In this document: one piece after another, positions 19,083 through 29,100 of the stretch
Layout of the letters: each line of letters starts with the position of its first letter
How positions within the stretch are numbered: the stretch's first letter is position 1
From: a virus
Virus record (IMG/VR): IMGVR_UViG_3300042556_001316
Span: 2,763-66,762 of that record
Length of the DNA: 64,000 bases
Direction: 5' to 3' (one strand)
Program-made: the position numbers and the translations under genes
Notes under the pieces: generated by a model
Seen by the model: only the letters and a program-made list of their open reading frames with translations
What the model was told of the DNA's origin: nothing
Databases searched by the model: none

Positions 19083-19436
19083 CTACTTATCTAATTCATT
19101 GCTTAAATCAACAATGGTTTTTGATACCACTCCCCACTTCATTTCTTTGAAGAGTTCTTTTAATTTGGTAAAATCAGCATCTTCTAATTCTAATGTAGCT
19201 TTTCTTTCAAGAAAATCATCATTAAAATCTTCTGACTTAATTTCAAATAAGTCTTTGTGCTTTTCAACTATACCCAGTAAACGAAGTCTTTTGATCATTT
19301 CATCTACATTAAAACCTCCTTGTACTGGATTATTAATGACTGATTTTAATAAATCATAAGTGGTTAAAAAGGTTTCCTGCATACCATTTTTACTTGGTAA
19401 TAATTCTTTAGCTACTACTAGTTCAATTGATTTCAT
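19083..19436 (-). CDS. putative tail fibre assembly chaperone
   Basis: Downstream of the fibre; LELEDADFTKLK motif. Confidence 0.55.
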   Translation of the reverse strand: MKSIELVVAKELLPSKNGMQETFLTTYDLLKSVINNPVQGGFNVDEMIKRLRLLGIVEKHKDLFEIKSEDFNDDFLERKATLELEDADFTKLKELFKEMKWGVVSKTIVDLSNELDK

Positions 19437-19486
19437 ATATATATTTTTAACAAAATTAATGAATTAATTTAATTAAAAAAAAATAT

Positions 19487-19876
19487 TTATGGAGCCTCGG
19501 TTGTCGTGGTTGTATCAGGAGCTTTTGTAGTCGTAGTTGTGGTTGGGAGCCATGGGAGCGGAAGTGTCACCTCCACAGGGTTAATCTGTAAAGCAATATT
19601 AGCCTCAAGACTTGCCTGCATAGCATCTACAGGAAGAATTGCTTCTAACCATCCAATTACTTCGGCTTCTGTTACATCTGCGTAAGGGATGAAGTTTTGT
19701 GGATTTGGTTGTGTTACACTAGCAACAGAGTATGTATCTGCAAAATAAACCTTACCGTCATGCTCTTGTGTTGCGTTGTATCTATAGTGTATCTGATTGA
19801 TAACGTCAGGTAAGCCCTCAGATTCAACTGCACAATTGAGTTCGCTGATGGTCCATGAAAATACTGTTGTTGCCAT
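19487..19876 (-). CDS. tail fibre-associated protein with C-terminal poly-Thr tail
   Basis: FIPYADVTEAEVIGWL...LPLPW, then TTTTTTKAPDTTTTTEAP. Confidence 0.75.
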   Translation of the reverse strand: MATTVFSWTISELNCAVESEGLPDVINQIHYRYNATQEHDGKVYFADTYSVASVTQPNPQNFIPYADVTEAEVIGWLEAILPVDAMQASLEANIALQINPVEVTLPLPWLPTTTTTTKAPDTTTTTEAP

Positions 19877-19888
19877 TTTTGTTTTATT

Positions 19889-22800
19889 TTATTTGTTTTT
19901 AATTAAATCAAGTTCTGCCTTCAATTCCTTAACGGCATTTACCAAAGTTACAAATATACCTTCAGTTTCAAGTCCTAAGTATTCTGAGTTTTCATCTAGT
20001 TTTCTAGCTAATTCAGGCATTACTTCCTTTACTTCTTGCGCTATGAAACCATATTTTAGATTTGTAGCGTTATCATTATAATAGAATGATTTAGGATTAA
20101 GCTGCATCACCTCATTAAGACCATAGGTTAAAGGCTTAATGGTATTCTTAAGTCTGTAGTCTGATGGGTTGGTGTTTGTTAGGAAGCCTGCATTTGAATA
20201 AACAGTTCCTGTACCTAATGCTCCAACATATACACTTCCAAATGCACCTATTCCATTTACATAGAACTTAGCTCCTTGAGTGGTTGCTGTTGCGTTTACT
20301 AATACATCTCCTGCGGATGTTATGCGCATACGTTCGGTGTTACCTGTTCTTATATGAAAATCACTTACACTTGTTGTTCCTACAAAAGAGTCGCTTGAAA
20401 CTCCACACTCAAGCATTACTACTGTACCAGCAGGGTTTGTTATTCTTACACCTTTTGTGCCATCTACTGATGCTGATGCAACTGCTAAACTTAATAAAGC
20501 CGTTGGTGATGTAGTACCTATACCTACGTTACCCCCACTTGTTATGCGCATACGTTCGCTAAATGATGCAGAAGCACCAGCACTTCCAGATGCAGCATTA
20601 GCCCAAAATATTGAACCATCAGAATCAAACCCCATTCTACCAATTCCTCCCGTACCTATGTATCTATATGTAGAGCCATCATAATACACATTATTCGTTA
20701 ATTGAGAATATACGCCTCCGTTTGTATGTAACGATGCGTTTCCAACTTGTAATACATTAGGGAATGTAGCTGTGTTCCAAGCACTTGGCGTAACTCCTAT
20801 ACCTACGTTACCCGAACTTGTTATGCGCATACGTTCGCTTCCACCAAATGGGGTAGTTGCTCCTGTGTTAAATATTATATCTCTATTTTCAACAGAAAAT
20901 TCTAATCCATTGCCTGAACCTTTATTTACTCCAATCCACGCTTGGTCTCCACCCGCACCGCCACTTGTTATTTGTATTGCAGTTCCAACTCCCGAAGATG
21001 AGCCAAGAGTAGTTTCTAAATGTAACAACTGACTTGGCGATGTAGTACCTATACCTACGTTACCTGAAGGTGTAATTATTAAAGGTGTAGCAGTACCACC
21101 ATTAGATGCACTAATTTGAAACTTTAAACCACCATAAGTAGATGTATTAGCCCCCCAAGCATTAATTTTACCATAACCACTTTCAAAGGCAATACCTACT
21201 TTACTTGTTTCATTAGATAAAAAATCAGAACCAAATAATCCACTTGTTGCCGTTACACTACTTGAGAATGTAGCTGCTCCTGTAGAGGCTATTGTTAAAG
21301 CAACCGCAGGATTGCTTCCAGAAGTAGCAGTTAAAAATCTCATTTGACTTTCTGCACCTGCATCAGCATTTGAAACAATATCCATAGTCCTTGTAAACGG
21401 ACTTCCTGATGCACTATAATATGATGTTATGATTGCACCTAAATCTTTTGAATATGTTGCTAAAGCTGAAGGGTTAGAAGTATCGTAAATTCTTAATGCA
21501 CCGCCTGACTTATATATGTCTAATGTATATCCCGGAGAAGTAGTACCAATTCCCAAATTACCTGAAGCGTTTAACGTCATTGCTTGGGTAAAGGATATAG
21601 CGTTACCTGCCGTTCCTGAAGGAGCTTGAAACCATTCGTGAGCATTTCTACGAATTACATATTTAGCCGCTTCTGCACTTGCGTAGTAAGTTTCAGCATT
21701 ACTTGAATTTACATAAGCATTATTAAATAAGTTAATTACATTATCATTTGTTTGGGCAGTAAAAGCACCTGCATAAGAAGTGCCTGAAAAATTACCACCT
21801 AATTGCATTACTTTATGTACTACGAACCACGCACTCGGTGTAACTCCCAATCCTAAATTGCCTTTGTAATCTAATGTTAAAGTTCTTAACCACCCACCAT
21901 TATATGTATAAAAATCAACTCCTTGATAACCAGAAATAACTCCTGATTGTCTTGTTCCATCTCCACCTATACTTAGTCCATATCCACTTACTGCTGCATT
22001 AATATTAACATAAGCAGTAGTACCTGTTAAATTAGCTCCTGATGTTTGTACATTCAATCCTGTTACATTCATTGTTGTACCACCAATAGCAACTGATGTT
22101 CCATTATCAAACACTAAGCTATTACCTATTGTACTTGTACCTGTAAACTTAGGTAGGTAGTTTGTAGTACCCGTTCCTGTTACTTGATTGGTAGGAGTAA
22201 ATCCAGATGTACCCGAAGTAGCAGATGTCCCAGACGTACCAGATGATCCAGATGTACCATTTACCGCAGAAGTACCACTCGTACCTGTCGTACCTGATGA
22301 ACCCGAACTGCCGCTCGTACCACTTGAACCTGACGTACCTGTTGTACCAGATGTACCAGACGTACCCGTACTACCACTAGTTCCTGACGTACCCCCCGTT
22401 CCATTTGTACCCGATGAACCTGAAGTTCCTGACGTACCTGATGATCCAGATGTTCCGTTAAATCCTGATGTGCCGGACGTGCCTGTCGTACCTGATGTAC
22501 CAGTCGTACCCGAACTTCCAGAAGAACCAGATGAACCGCTCACTCCCGAACTACCAGAGGTACCAGAGGTGCCGTTTACACCACTACTTCCACTTGTTCC
22601 TGTCGTACCAGAGGTGCCTGAACTTCCTGAGCTTCCACTTGTTCCAGATGTTGTACCTACAGCTATACCAACTTGTTTTGTTACAACAATAACTGATGGA
22701 GCCGCTGGCACCACATAAGGAGTTGTCTGAGCCGGAACCGCTGTTACTTGAACATGGTCACTGTCAGAAGCAAAATATATTTCTAAATAATCATTAGCAG

Positions 22801-24403
22801 CAAGCTCCAACATTATTGAAACAAATGGAAGTTGCTTTACGCTATTAGAACTTAAACCTAAAATTGAATCAGTCCTAATAACATCAGTTCCATTCTTCTT
22901 CAACCATATTTCTACATCAGCAGCAGAACCGCCTTGAGTCTTTTCTACTTGTAAAGAATAACCTATTTCGTAAATACCAGCATGCTGATAAACAATTTGA
23001 GAACCACTAATTGTAGTACCATTAGAAATCTCTACCGTATTATAAGTAATAGGAGTAGGAGTATTGGCAGCTGTAACAACTTGTGTTAATGAACTTGAAA
23101 AAGAACCATACCAGTTAGCAATAGAAGCTCCTGAAGAACCATCTATACCATTACGTCCTGATGTTCCCGAAGTGCCACTTGAACCCGAAGAACCTGAACT
23201 GCCTGATGTGCCTGTCGTACCAGAGGAACCTGATGTGCCTGTAGTACCTGACGTACCGCTAACACCTGAAGTTCCTGACGTACCGCTTGATCCATCGCCT
23301 CCACTAGCACCATCTAAGTTTATTGTCCATGATGAATATGTTCCGGAACCTACTGTTCTAATTGGAGCTGCAAATTGCAATGCTCCGGTTCCTGAGTTAT
23401 ATGAAATAACCTCACACTCTTGGAAATTGTTTGCATCATAAACCACAATAATTGATTGAGCAACAGAATATGCTAACCCTGTACCAACTGTTATAGTTCC
23501 TGCATTACCAAGAGTAAAGGTTGATGTTGATGTTGTGTAATATTTATCTCCAGAATATCCCGAAGTTCCAGATGTACCTGATGTGGCTGAAGTTCCAGAA
23601 GAACCGCTTGTAGCCGAAGTACCAGAAGTGCCACTAGTCGCTGAAGTTCCAGACGTACCCGAAGAACCAGACGTACCATCTATAGCAGATGTACCCGAAG
23701 AACCAGAGCTTCCCGAAGAACCTGATGAACCTGAAGTGCCGTCTATACCCGAAGTGCCATTTATTCCCGATGTACCTGATGTGCCGTTACTTCCATCTAA
23801 TCCAGAACTACCAGAGCTTCCAGATGTACCATCAATCCCAGAAGATCCTGACGTACCATTACTACCATTCGCCCCTGAACTACCTGAACTACCTGATGAA
23901 CCCGAAGTCCCAGAGGAACCAGAAGTTGCTGAGCTTCCTGATGTACCTGAAGTGCCATCTATACCTGAGCTGCCTGACGTACCTGATGTGCCACTTGTTG
24001 CTGATGTACCTGATGTACCAGTGGTGCCTGACGTACCAGAACTACCTGATGTACCAGAACTACCAGAGGTACCTGTGGTACCAGACGTACCCGATGTCCC
24101 ATTACTACCCGTGGTACCAGATGTGCCTGAGCTACCACTAGTCGCTGAACTCCCACTAGTACCCGAAGAACCATTTAATCCCGAAGTCCCAGAACTACCT
24201 GAAGATCCGCTTGTACCGGTGCTACCCGAAGAACCAGAAATACCAGATGAGCCACTAGATCCTGACGTTCCTGACGAACCGCTAGATCCCGAAGTCCCAA
24301 TAGTACCAGAAGTATCTGCGGAAACTAAACCATCCACAGCTACTAAAATCCCGTTTTCATTACGAAGCTGGAACTCTCCCGTTATTAAATTTTGTACAGC
24401 CAC
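19889..24403 (-). CDS. tail fibre with Gly-Ser/Thr collagen-like repeats and C-terminal peptidase S74 chaperone
   Basis: (G-S/T-S)n tracts, GNVGIGTTSP repeats, SDYRLK...GFIAQEV. Confidence 0.9.
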   Translation of the reverse strand: MAVQNLITGEFQLRNENGILVAVDGLVSADTSGTIGTSGSSGSSGTSGSSGSSGISGSSGSTGTSGSSGSSGTSGLNGSSGTSGSSATSGSSGTSGTTGSNGTSGTSGTTGTSGSSGTSGSSGTSGTTGTSGTSATSGTSGTSGSSGIDGTSGTSGSSATSGSSGTSGSSGSSGSSGANGSNGTSGSSGIDGTSGSSGSSGLDGSNGTSGTSGINGTSGIDGTSGSSGSSGSSGSSGTSAIDGTSGSSGTSGTSATSGTSGTSATSGSSGTSATSGTSGTSGYSGDKYYTTSTSTFTLGNAGTITVGTGLAYSVAQSIIVVYDANNFQECEVISYNSGTGALQFAAPIRTVGSGTYSSWTINLDGASGGDGSSGTSGTSGVSGTSGTTGTSGSSGTTGTSGSSGSSGSSGTSGTSGRNGIDGSSGASIANWYGSFSSSLTQVVTAANTPTPITYNTVEISNGTTISGSQIVYQHAGIYEIGYSLQVEKTQGGSAADVEIWLKKNGTDVIRTDSILGLSSNSVKQLPFVSIMLELAANDYLEIYFASDSDHVQVTAVPAQTTPYVVPAAPSVIVVTKQVGIAVGTTSGTSGSSGSSGTSGTTGTSGSSGVNGTSGTSGSSGVSGSSGSSGSSGTTGTSGTTGTSGTSGFNGTSGSSGTSGTSGSSGTNGTGGTSGTSGSTGTSGTSGTTGTSGSSGTSGSSGSSGTTGTSGTSAVNGTSGSSGTSGTSATSGTSGFTPTNQVTGTGTTNYLPKFTGTSTIGNSLVFDNGTSVAIGGTTMNVTGLNVQTSGANLTGTTAYVNINAAVSGYGLSIGGDGTRQSGVISGYQGVDFYTYNGGWLRTLTLDYKGNLGLGVTPSAWFVVHKVMQLGGNFSGTSYAGAFTAQTNDNVINLFNNAYVNSSNAETYYASAEAAKYVIRRNAHEWFQAPSGTAGNAISFTQAMTLNASGNLGIGTTSPGYTLDIYKSGGALRIYDTSNPSALATYSKDLGAIITSYYSASGSPFTRTMDIVSNADAGAESQMRFLTATSGSNPAVALTIASTGAATFSSSVTATSGLFGSDFLSNETSKVGIAFESGYGKINAWGANTSTYGGLKFQISASNGGTATPLIITPSGNVGIGTTSPSQLLHLETTLGSSSGVGTAIQITSGGAGGDQAWIGVNKGSGNGLEFSVENRDIIFNTGATTPFGGSERMRITSSGNVGIGVTPSAWNTATFPNVLQVGNASLHTNGGVYSQLTNNVYYDGSTYRYIGTGGIGRMGFDSDGSIFWANAASGSAGASASFSERMRITSGGNVGIGTTSPTALLSLAVASASVDGTKGVRITNPAGTVVMLECGVSSDSFVGTTSVSDFHIRTGNTERMRITSAGDVLVNATATTQGAKFYVNGIGAFGSVYVGALGTGTVYSNAGFLTNTNPSDYRLKNTIKPLTYGLNEVMQLNPKSFYYNDNATNLKYGFIAQEVKEVMPELARKLDENSEYLGLETEGIFVTLVNAVKELKAELDLIKNK
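22190..24320 (-). repeat. three (Gly-Ser/Thr-Ser/Thr)n coding tracts
   Basis: About 23550-24320, 23130-23310 and 22190-22650; Gly at every third residue. Confidence 0.9.
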
Positions 24404-24404
24404 C

Positions 24405-24917
24405 TTAAACGTATTTAAATTTTGTTGTATTTTTTAATTCCCCACTTAATCTTCTCCACAAATATTTTGCATTTACATTAATAGTATCAGCAGCCTCTTT
24501 AGCTCCTTCATAAAAGACACCTGTTTCAGTATCTAATACAATTTTCTTAAATACATATCCATTTTTTGCCCCAAATCTTTCAGCAGCCACCCTGCCACTT
24601 TCTCTTAAAGCTTCTGATACCCTTCTTAAACCTGTATCACAAGCATGCTTCATATTTTCTGATGGGGTAGCCCATTCTAAATTAAACAATAAATTGTTTG
24701 TTTTGACGCCATCAATGTGGTTTACAGTTGCTTTATTTTCAGGATTTTCAATATACGTTTGAGCAACTAACCTATGTGCTAAATATGATTTATTGCCTAT
24801 TTTAACATATACATAATCATTTTTAACAAAATTTCTCAAAAATCTCATTGTTTTCAAAGAAAATACTCTGCCATCCAATGTTATTAAATAGTCAGTCATT
24901 CCTTTTATTAACTTCAT
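24405..24917 (-). CDS. HNH homing endonuclease
   Basis: HRLVAQTYI..VNHIDGVKTNN..NLEW. Confidence 0.9.
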   Translation of the reverse strand: MKLIKGMTDYLITLDGRVFSLKTMRFLRNFVKNDYVYVKIGNKSYLAHRLVAQTYIENPENKATVNHIDGVKTNNLLFNLEWATPSENMKHACDTGLRRVSEALRESGRVAAERFGAKNGYVFKKIVLDTETGVFYEGAKEAADTINVNAKYLWRRLSGELKNTTKFKYV

Positions 24918-24930
24918 TTTGATTATTTTT

Positions 24931-25458
24931 TTATTGTTGAACGACTACGCGTACAAATTCATTATCATAAAAAGCCACTGCTACTGTTAATGCTCCAGTT
25001 GTTTTATCCCATACAACTTGGTTTCCTGTTGGAGTACCTGAAGTTAATATAGTACCAATGTTATTACCCTGTCTAAATGCGTTTATACATCTCTTACCAA
25101 TTGCTTCTGGGAAATAAATTGTAAATGAACCAAGAGTTGCATTACTAGAATATTCGTACACGCTAAAGTTACCACCGCCGCCGGGGATAACACCACCACC
25201 ACCAGTTCCAGTTCCTAATATTTCAATTGCTAATTGTAGCTTAGAACCACATAGTGCATAAACATAATTAGATGTTCCGGGTAGTCCACTTAACTGCTGG
25301 TCAATGCCATATTGCAAAGCTTTTCTTTCTAGGTAAAGCTGCTGAGCCTTACGCGGATCAATACTTCCATTAAAGAAAGCATTTTGCTTTGGTATTGCGT
25401 CATTCCATAAGTATTGCGAAATCTCCGCTATTGATACTGTTGTTTGTGGATCTAACAT
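24931..25458 (-). CDS. putative virion structural protein
   Basis: Late-operon position; Gly-rich hinge. Confidence 0.65.
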   Translation of the reverse strand: MLDPQTTVSIAEISQYLWNDAIPKQNAFFNGSIDPRKAQQLYLERKALQYGIDQQLSGLPGTSNYVYALCGSKLQLAIEILGTGTGGGGVIPGGGGNFSVYEYSSNATLGSFTIYFPEAIGKRCINAFRQGNNIGTILTSGTPTGNQVVWDKTTGALTVAVAFYDNEFVRVVVQQ

Positions 25459-25460
25459 AT

Positions 25461-25979
25461 TTAGAAGAATAAAGCTTGGTTAGTAGATATGTATGTTGCT
25501 CTGTTTAATGCAGCTTGTGCTGAATAAATATCAGAAGCAAATGTAATTGCCTGATCTGCACTATCAATTTCAACTCGTAATACTAGTTTCGTTTGGTACC
25601 AGTTGGTGCTTGCAGACAAATTAGAATTTGCAACTTGACTTTCAGTTAAGCCGTAATAAAAAGTTTCATTATATGCTGTAAATGCGAATGAAATTGTTTT
25701 AGATGTAACCACCGCATTTGCAGCTGTTAACCATTGTACCGTAATACTTAATGCGGAATCTTGAGATAACACATCCAAATCAATGCTTGTATCAACTAAA
25801 TCCCAAACCACATAATCTGTAGTGGTTCCAGCAGGTACTAAGAACGTACCATTTGCTTGTAATAAATATACTCTACGAGAGGCAATGGTACCATCACTAC
25901 CAGTGCTTGTATCTGTTAATGTAATAACTGACGGAGTGCCACTAAACTGACTGGCCGTAAAATTAGGTACAAGAGGCAT
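25461..25979 (-). CDS. putative virion structural protein (PKD-like N-terminus)
   Basis: PNFTAS...ITLTDTSTGSDGTI. Confidence 0.65.
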   Translation of the reverse strand: MPLVPNFTASQFSGTPSVITLTDTSTGSDGTIASRRVYLLQANGTFLVPAGTTTDYVVWDLVDTSIDLDVLSQDSALSITVQWLTAANAVVTSKTISFAFTAYNETFYYGLTESQVANSNLSASTNWYQTKLVLRVEIDSADQAITFASDIYSAQAALNRATYISTNQALFF

Positions 25980-25997
25980 TTGCTTTAAATTTTACAC

Positions 25998-26005
25998 CAA
26001 ATATA
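25998..26005 (-). promoter_or_regulatory. Bacteroidota -7 promoter element
   Basis: TATATTTG upstream of the start at 25979. Confidence 0.6.
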
Positions 26006-26022
26006 AGAAAAATATGGCTATA

Positions 26023-26187
26023 TTAGCCCTTTTTTCTTTTCTTCATGGCAGCTAATTTACTAGCTTTTTTGGGTGGCTTCATCCCCCTGCTCTCTCGGTT
26101 CCATTCTGCTACGTCAACTCCTTCTTTTTCAAGCTCTTTTCTATGTATGTTAAAGTAGGCGGCTTGAGCTTTAGATTTGTATGGCAT
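26023..26187 (-). CDS. small basic protein (not in ORF track)
   Basis: MPYKSKAQAAYFNIHRKELEK..., 54 aa, immediately after the 2641-aa gene. Confidence 0.6.
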   Translation of the reverse strand: MPYKSKAQAAYFNIHRKELEKEGVDVAEWNRESRGMKPPKKASKLAAMKKRKKG

Positions 26188-26189
26188 AA

Positions 26190-29100
26190 CTATTCTTTTT
26201 TTAATTGTTCTAATTCTTTTTGCATTTCTTCCGTAGCTTTTTTGATTTCAAGCTCTCCAAAATCTATATTTTTAATCTCTTCTATAACGCTATCTATCTC
26301 TTTTTCATCTGCTGGAGTCAAAGTTCCAATTGGTAATTTCCTTAAAGATTTTTTTATTTTATCAATTTGCTTTTGTTGCTCTTTAGTAGCATTAAGGAAA
26401 CCTAATCCAATGTTACCTCTAATTCTATTAATAAAATCAGATTTATCCCTAAACTCAGCTTTTTCATCAAACAATGTAGCTGCTTCTGCGGCAATAGGTA
26501 TTCTGGTAAATCTGTCTACTAATGTATTTACTCTTCTACCCGGCACAAACACACCTGCAATGGTCTGGAATGGTAACCTTGCTTCTATTTCATCAATAGT
26601 AGTTTCAAATTTTTCACCACCAGTACCGCCCATTTGGTTAATTTGATAGTTGTCAGCTATTAAAGAAATTGTTAAAAACTCTGGTAAGTGGTTTAAAAAC
26701 AAACTTGCAGCTTTAGGCATCCTTTCACCAAAAAATTCCCATTCACCAGCTTTTAATTGTTCTCCATCACTTGCCATTATTTTACGCTTCCTTTGATCTT
26801 CAAAAGTACCACCGTACTTTATCATACCATTACTTAAACCATAAGCTGTAACAAGCATCATCGCACTACCAAAAAGACCTCTACCAATAACACCATTGAT
26901 ATAAGCTCTTTCTTTAAGAGGCATCCTATTCCAACCATCTTTTATTCTTAATATTATACCATCATAAGTTTTACCTTCTACCTCATTCAATTTCATTCCT
27001 TTTCTAGTTTCAGTAGCTAATCTAACGAAACCTTCAGCACCTAATGTAGAATAATCTATACCTCTTTTAGCTAAATTGACAGCAATTGTTGATACAGGCA
27101 TTAAACCCTTAGTAATCAATCTAGTCATAGTGCTTTTCTCACTTCCCTTGCCTCTTGAAATCATTTTAGATAAAGCAGTTTTATTAGTCAATCTACCTGC
27201 TTCATAAGCATCAGCTGCTAAAACCATAGCTATACTTATGTTTTCAGGCGTTAACTCTTTGCCTTTATTTTGGAAGTCTTTCAAAGTAGATGAAAATACT
27301 TTCATCATTTCTGGTCTTGCTGATAAAGATGATTTCATAGCACCATGCAACCTAATCCAACCATCTAATACATACCCTGTTTTACCTAAAATAGTTCTAT
27401 ATTCAGATATGTCTTTTTTAGATGATTTACCAATGTTTACATCATAATCAGTAGCTCCATGTTTTACATATTGCCAAAATGAGTTTAAAACATTTGTTTC
27501 AATACTGTTGTATAATGTTGAAACCGCATACTCTAAATCTGCTTTTTTAAATTCTTTATCTGCTTTTTTAATTTCATTTTTATTACCACTTTCATTAGCT
27601 TCTTGCAATCTAACCAAAGCTGCATCTCTATCATTTTGTAATTTCTGTATATATTTCTGTGCAGCTTCTTTATTTTTAAATGCAGCAAAGGTTTTATACC
27701 CTTTTTTAACAGAATATAAACTTGTGTATGGCGCTCCTGTAATATAAGATGCTAATCTACCAGCTGTTAAATCAACCACAGAATCCATAAATGGTTTAAA
27801 AGTAGCTGCCTCCAATACTTTAGAAGCAGTATGAATACCACTCACTAAGAATTTAGTACTTAAATCAAGAGCCTTTTCAGCTTTTGTTCTATTTTTTTCT
27901 TTTGCATCAGCTACTAGTCTATTATATTGACCAGTTTTATTTTCTCTAGCTTTATTTAAAACAACTAATTGGTCATTTCTTCTATAATCATAGGTATTAT
28001 TAGGTATTTTAGTAAAGTTACCTGAAGCTATATCTGTTTCAGCTTTTCTTATTTCATTCTCCCATTGTTTCTGCAATCTTTTTGCAGACAATTGATCAGA
28101 AGTTAATTGATTATTGTTTTCTAAATCAGTTATTATTTTATTTATAGATTTTCTTTCTTCTTTACTTAAAGACTCATCTTCCAATAACTTATTTAGCTTA
28201 GTATAAGCTTTATTTATTTGATCATCAAGCTTCTCACCTGTAGGTTCTAACCCATTTAAAATTGACCTTAAATTATTATTTAAATCGGGATTTTTTAAAT
28301 TAGAGTTTACATAGTTAACAATATCATCTGATAGTGAACTAACAACTCCTTGTTTAGTTCCTTGTAAATCAGAGTTTCTCTGAACAGACAATTCTTCTAT
28401 TTTAATATTTTTTTCAGCATCAGACAAGTTACTTTCTTTTATTTCTTTCAAGGCTGCCTGATAATCTCTTTCTATTAAAATAGGAGATTTTGCATTTTTC
28501 TCCAATTTAAGACCTAAAGATGCGTAAGTTCTATCTCTTTCTTCTCTTGCCGCTAACAATGCTTCGCTTGCTTTCTTGGGATTCTGAATAGCTTGCTCAT
28601 AAACAGACTTTGTTTGTTTTACATAACTAATTTCTCTATTAATTTCATCTATTTTATCTTGTTCTGTTTTTGGAGCCTTACTTACTTTTTGCTCTTTTTC
28701 AAGATTATTTTTTTCTTTTAATAAAGAACTTATTTTATCATCTAATTCTTTTTCATAATCAGATTTTATTCTTTTCTTTCCTTCTTTTGTTTCTTCTAAA
28801 TGATATTCATCAGCAGCTTCTAATGCTTTTAATCTTGCTTCTTTTACAGCAATTCTTTTTACATCAGCTTTTTTTTGTTCTATTTCATTTTCAATTTTAG
28901 CTTTTGTTTGTTTTTTAAATTCACCTCTTTCAACATAAGCATCTGATAAATTTTCTTTTGTTACGCTAGGTAATATAGATTTTAAATCATTTGCAGCCGC
29001 TTCTAAAATTTTATCACTTGGTAGATTCTCTCCTAAGTAAGAATTTACAATATCTTTAATTAGACCTTGATCAGTCATTTCTTTTGTAATGCCAGTAACT

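Noticed and set aside
19889-21100. Diversity-generating retroelement acting on the fibre
   Set aside because: No reverse transcriptase and no TR/VR pair differing only at adenines was seen
22190-24320. Possible CRISPR array or non-coding satellite
   Set aside because: Repeats are in-frame coding triplets with varied codons; no constant repeat with unique spacers; no cas genes
22188-24437. Long + strand Pro/Glu/Val-rich ORFs (22188..22718, 23064..23441, 23583..24437)
   Set aside because: Antisense shadows of the Gly-Ser/Thr repeat, which lacks stop codons on the opposite strand
24405-24917. Group I intron around the HNH gene
   Set aside because: Only 1-13 nt of non-coding flank, leaving no room for a ribozyme core
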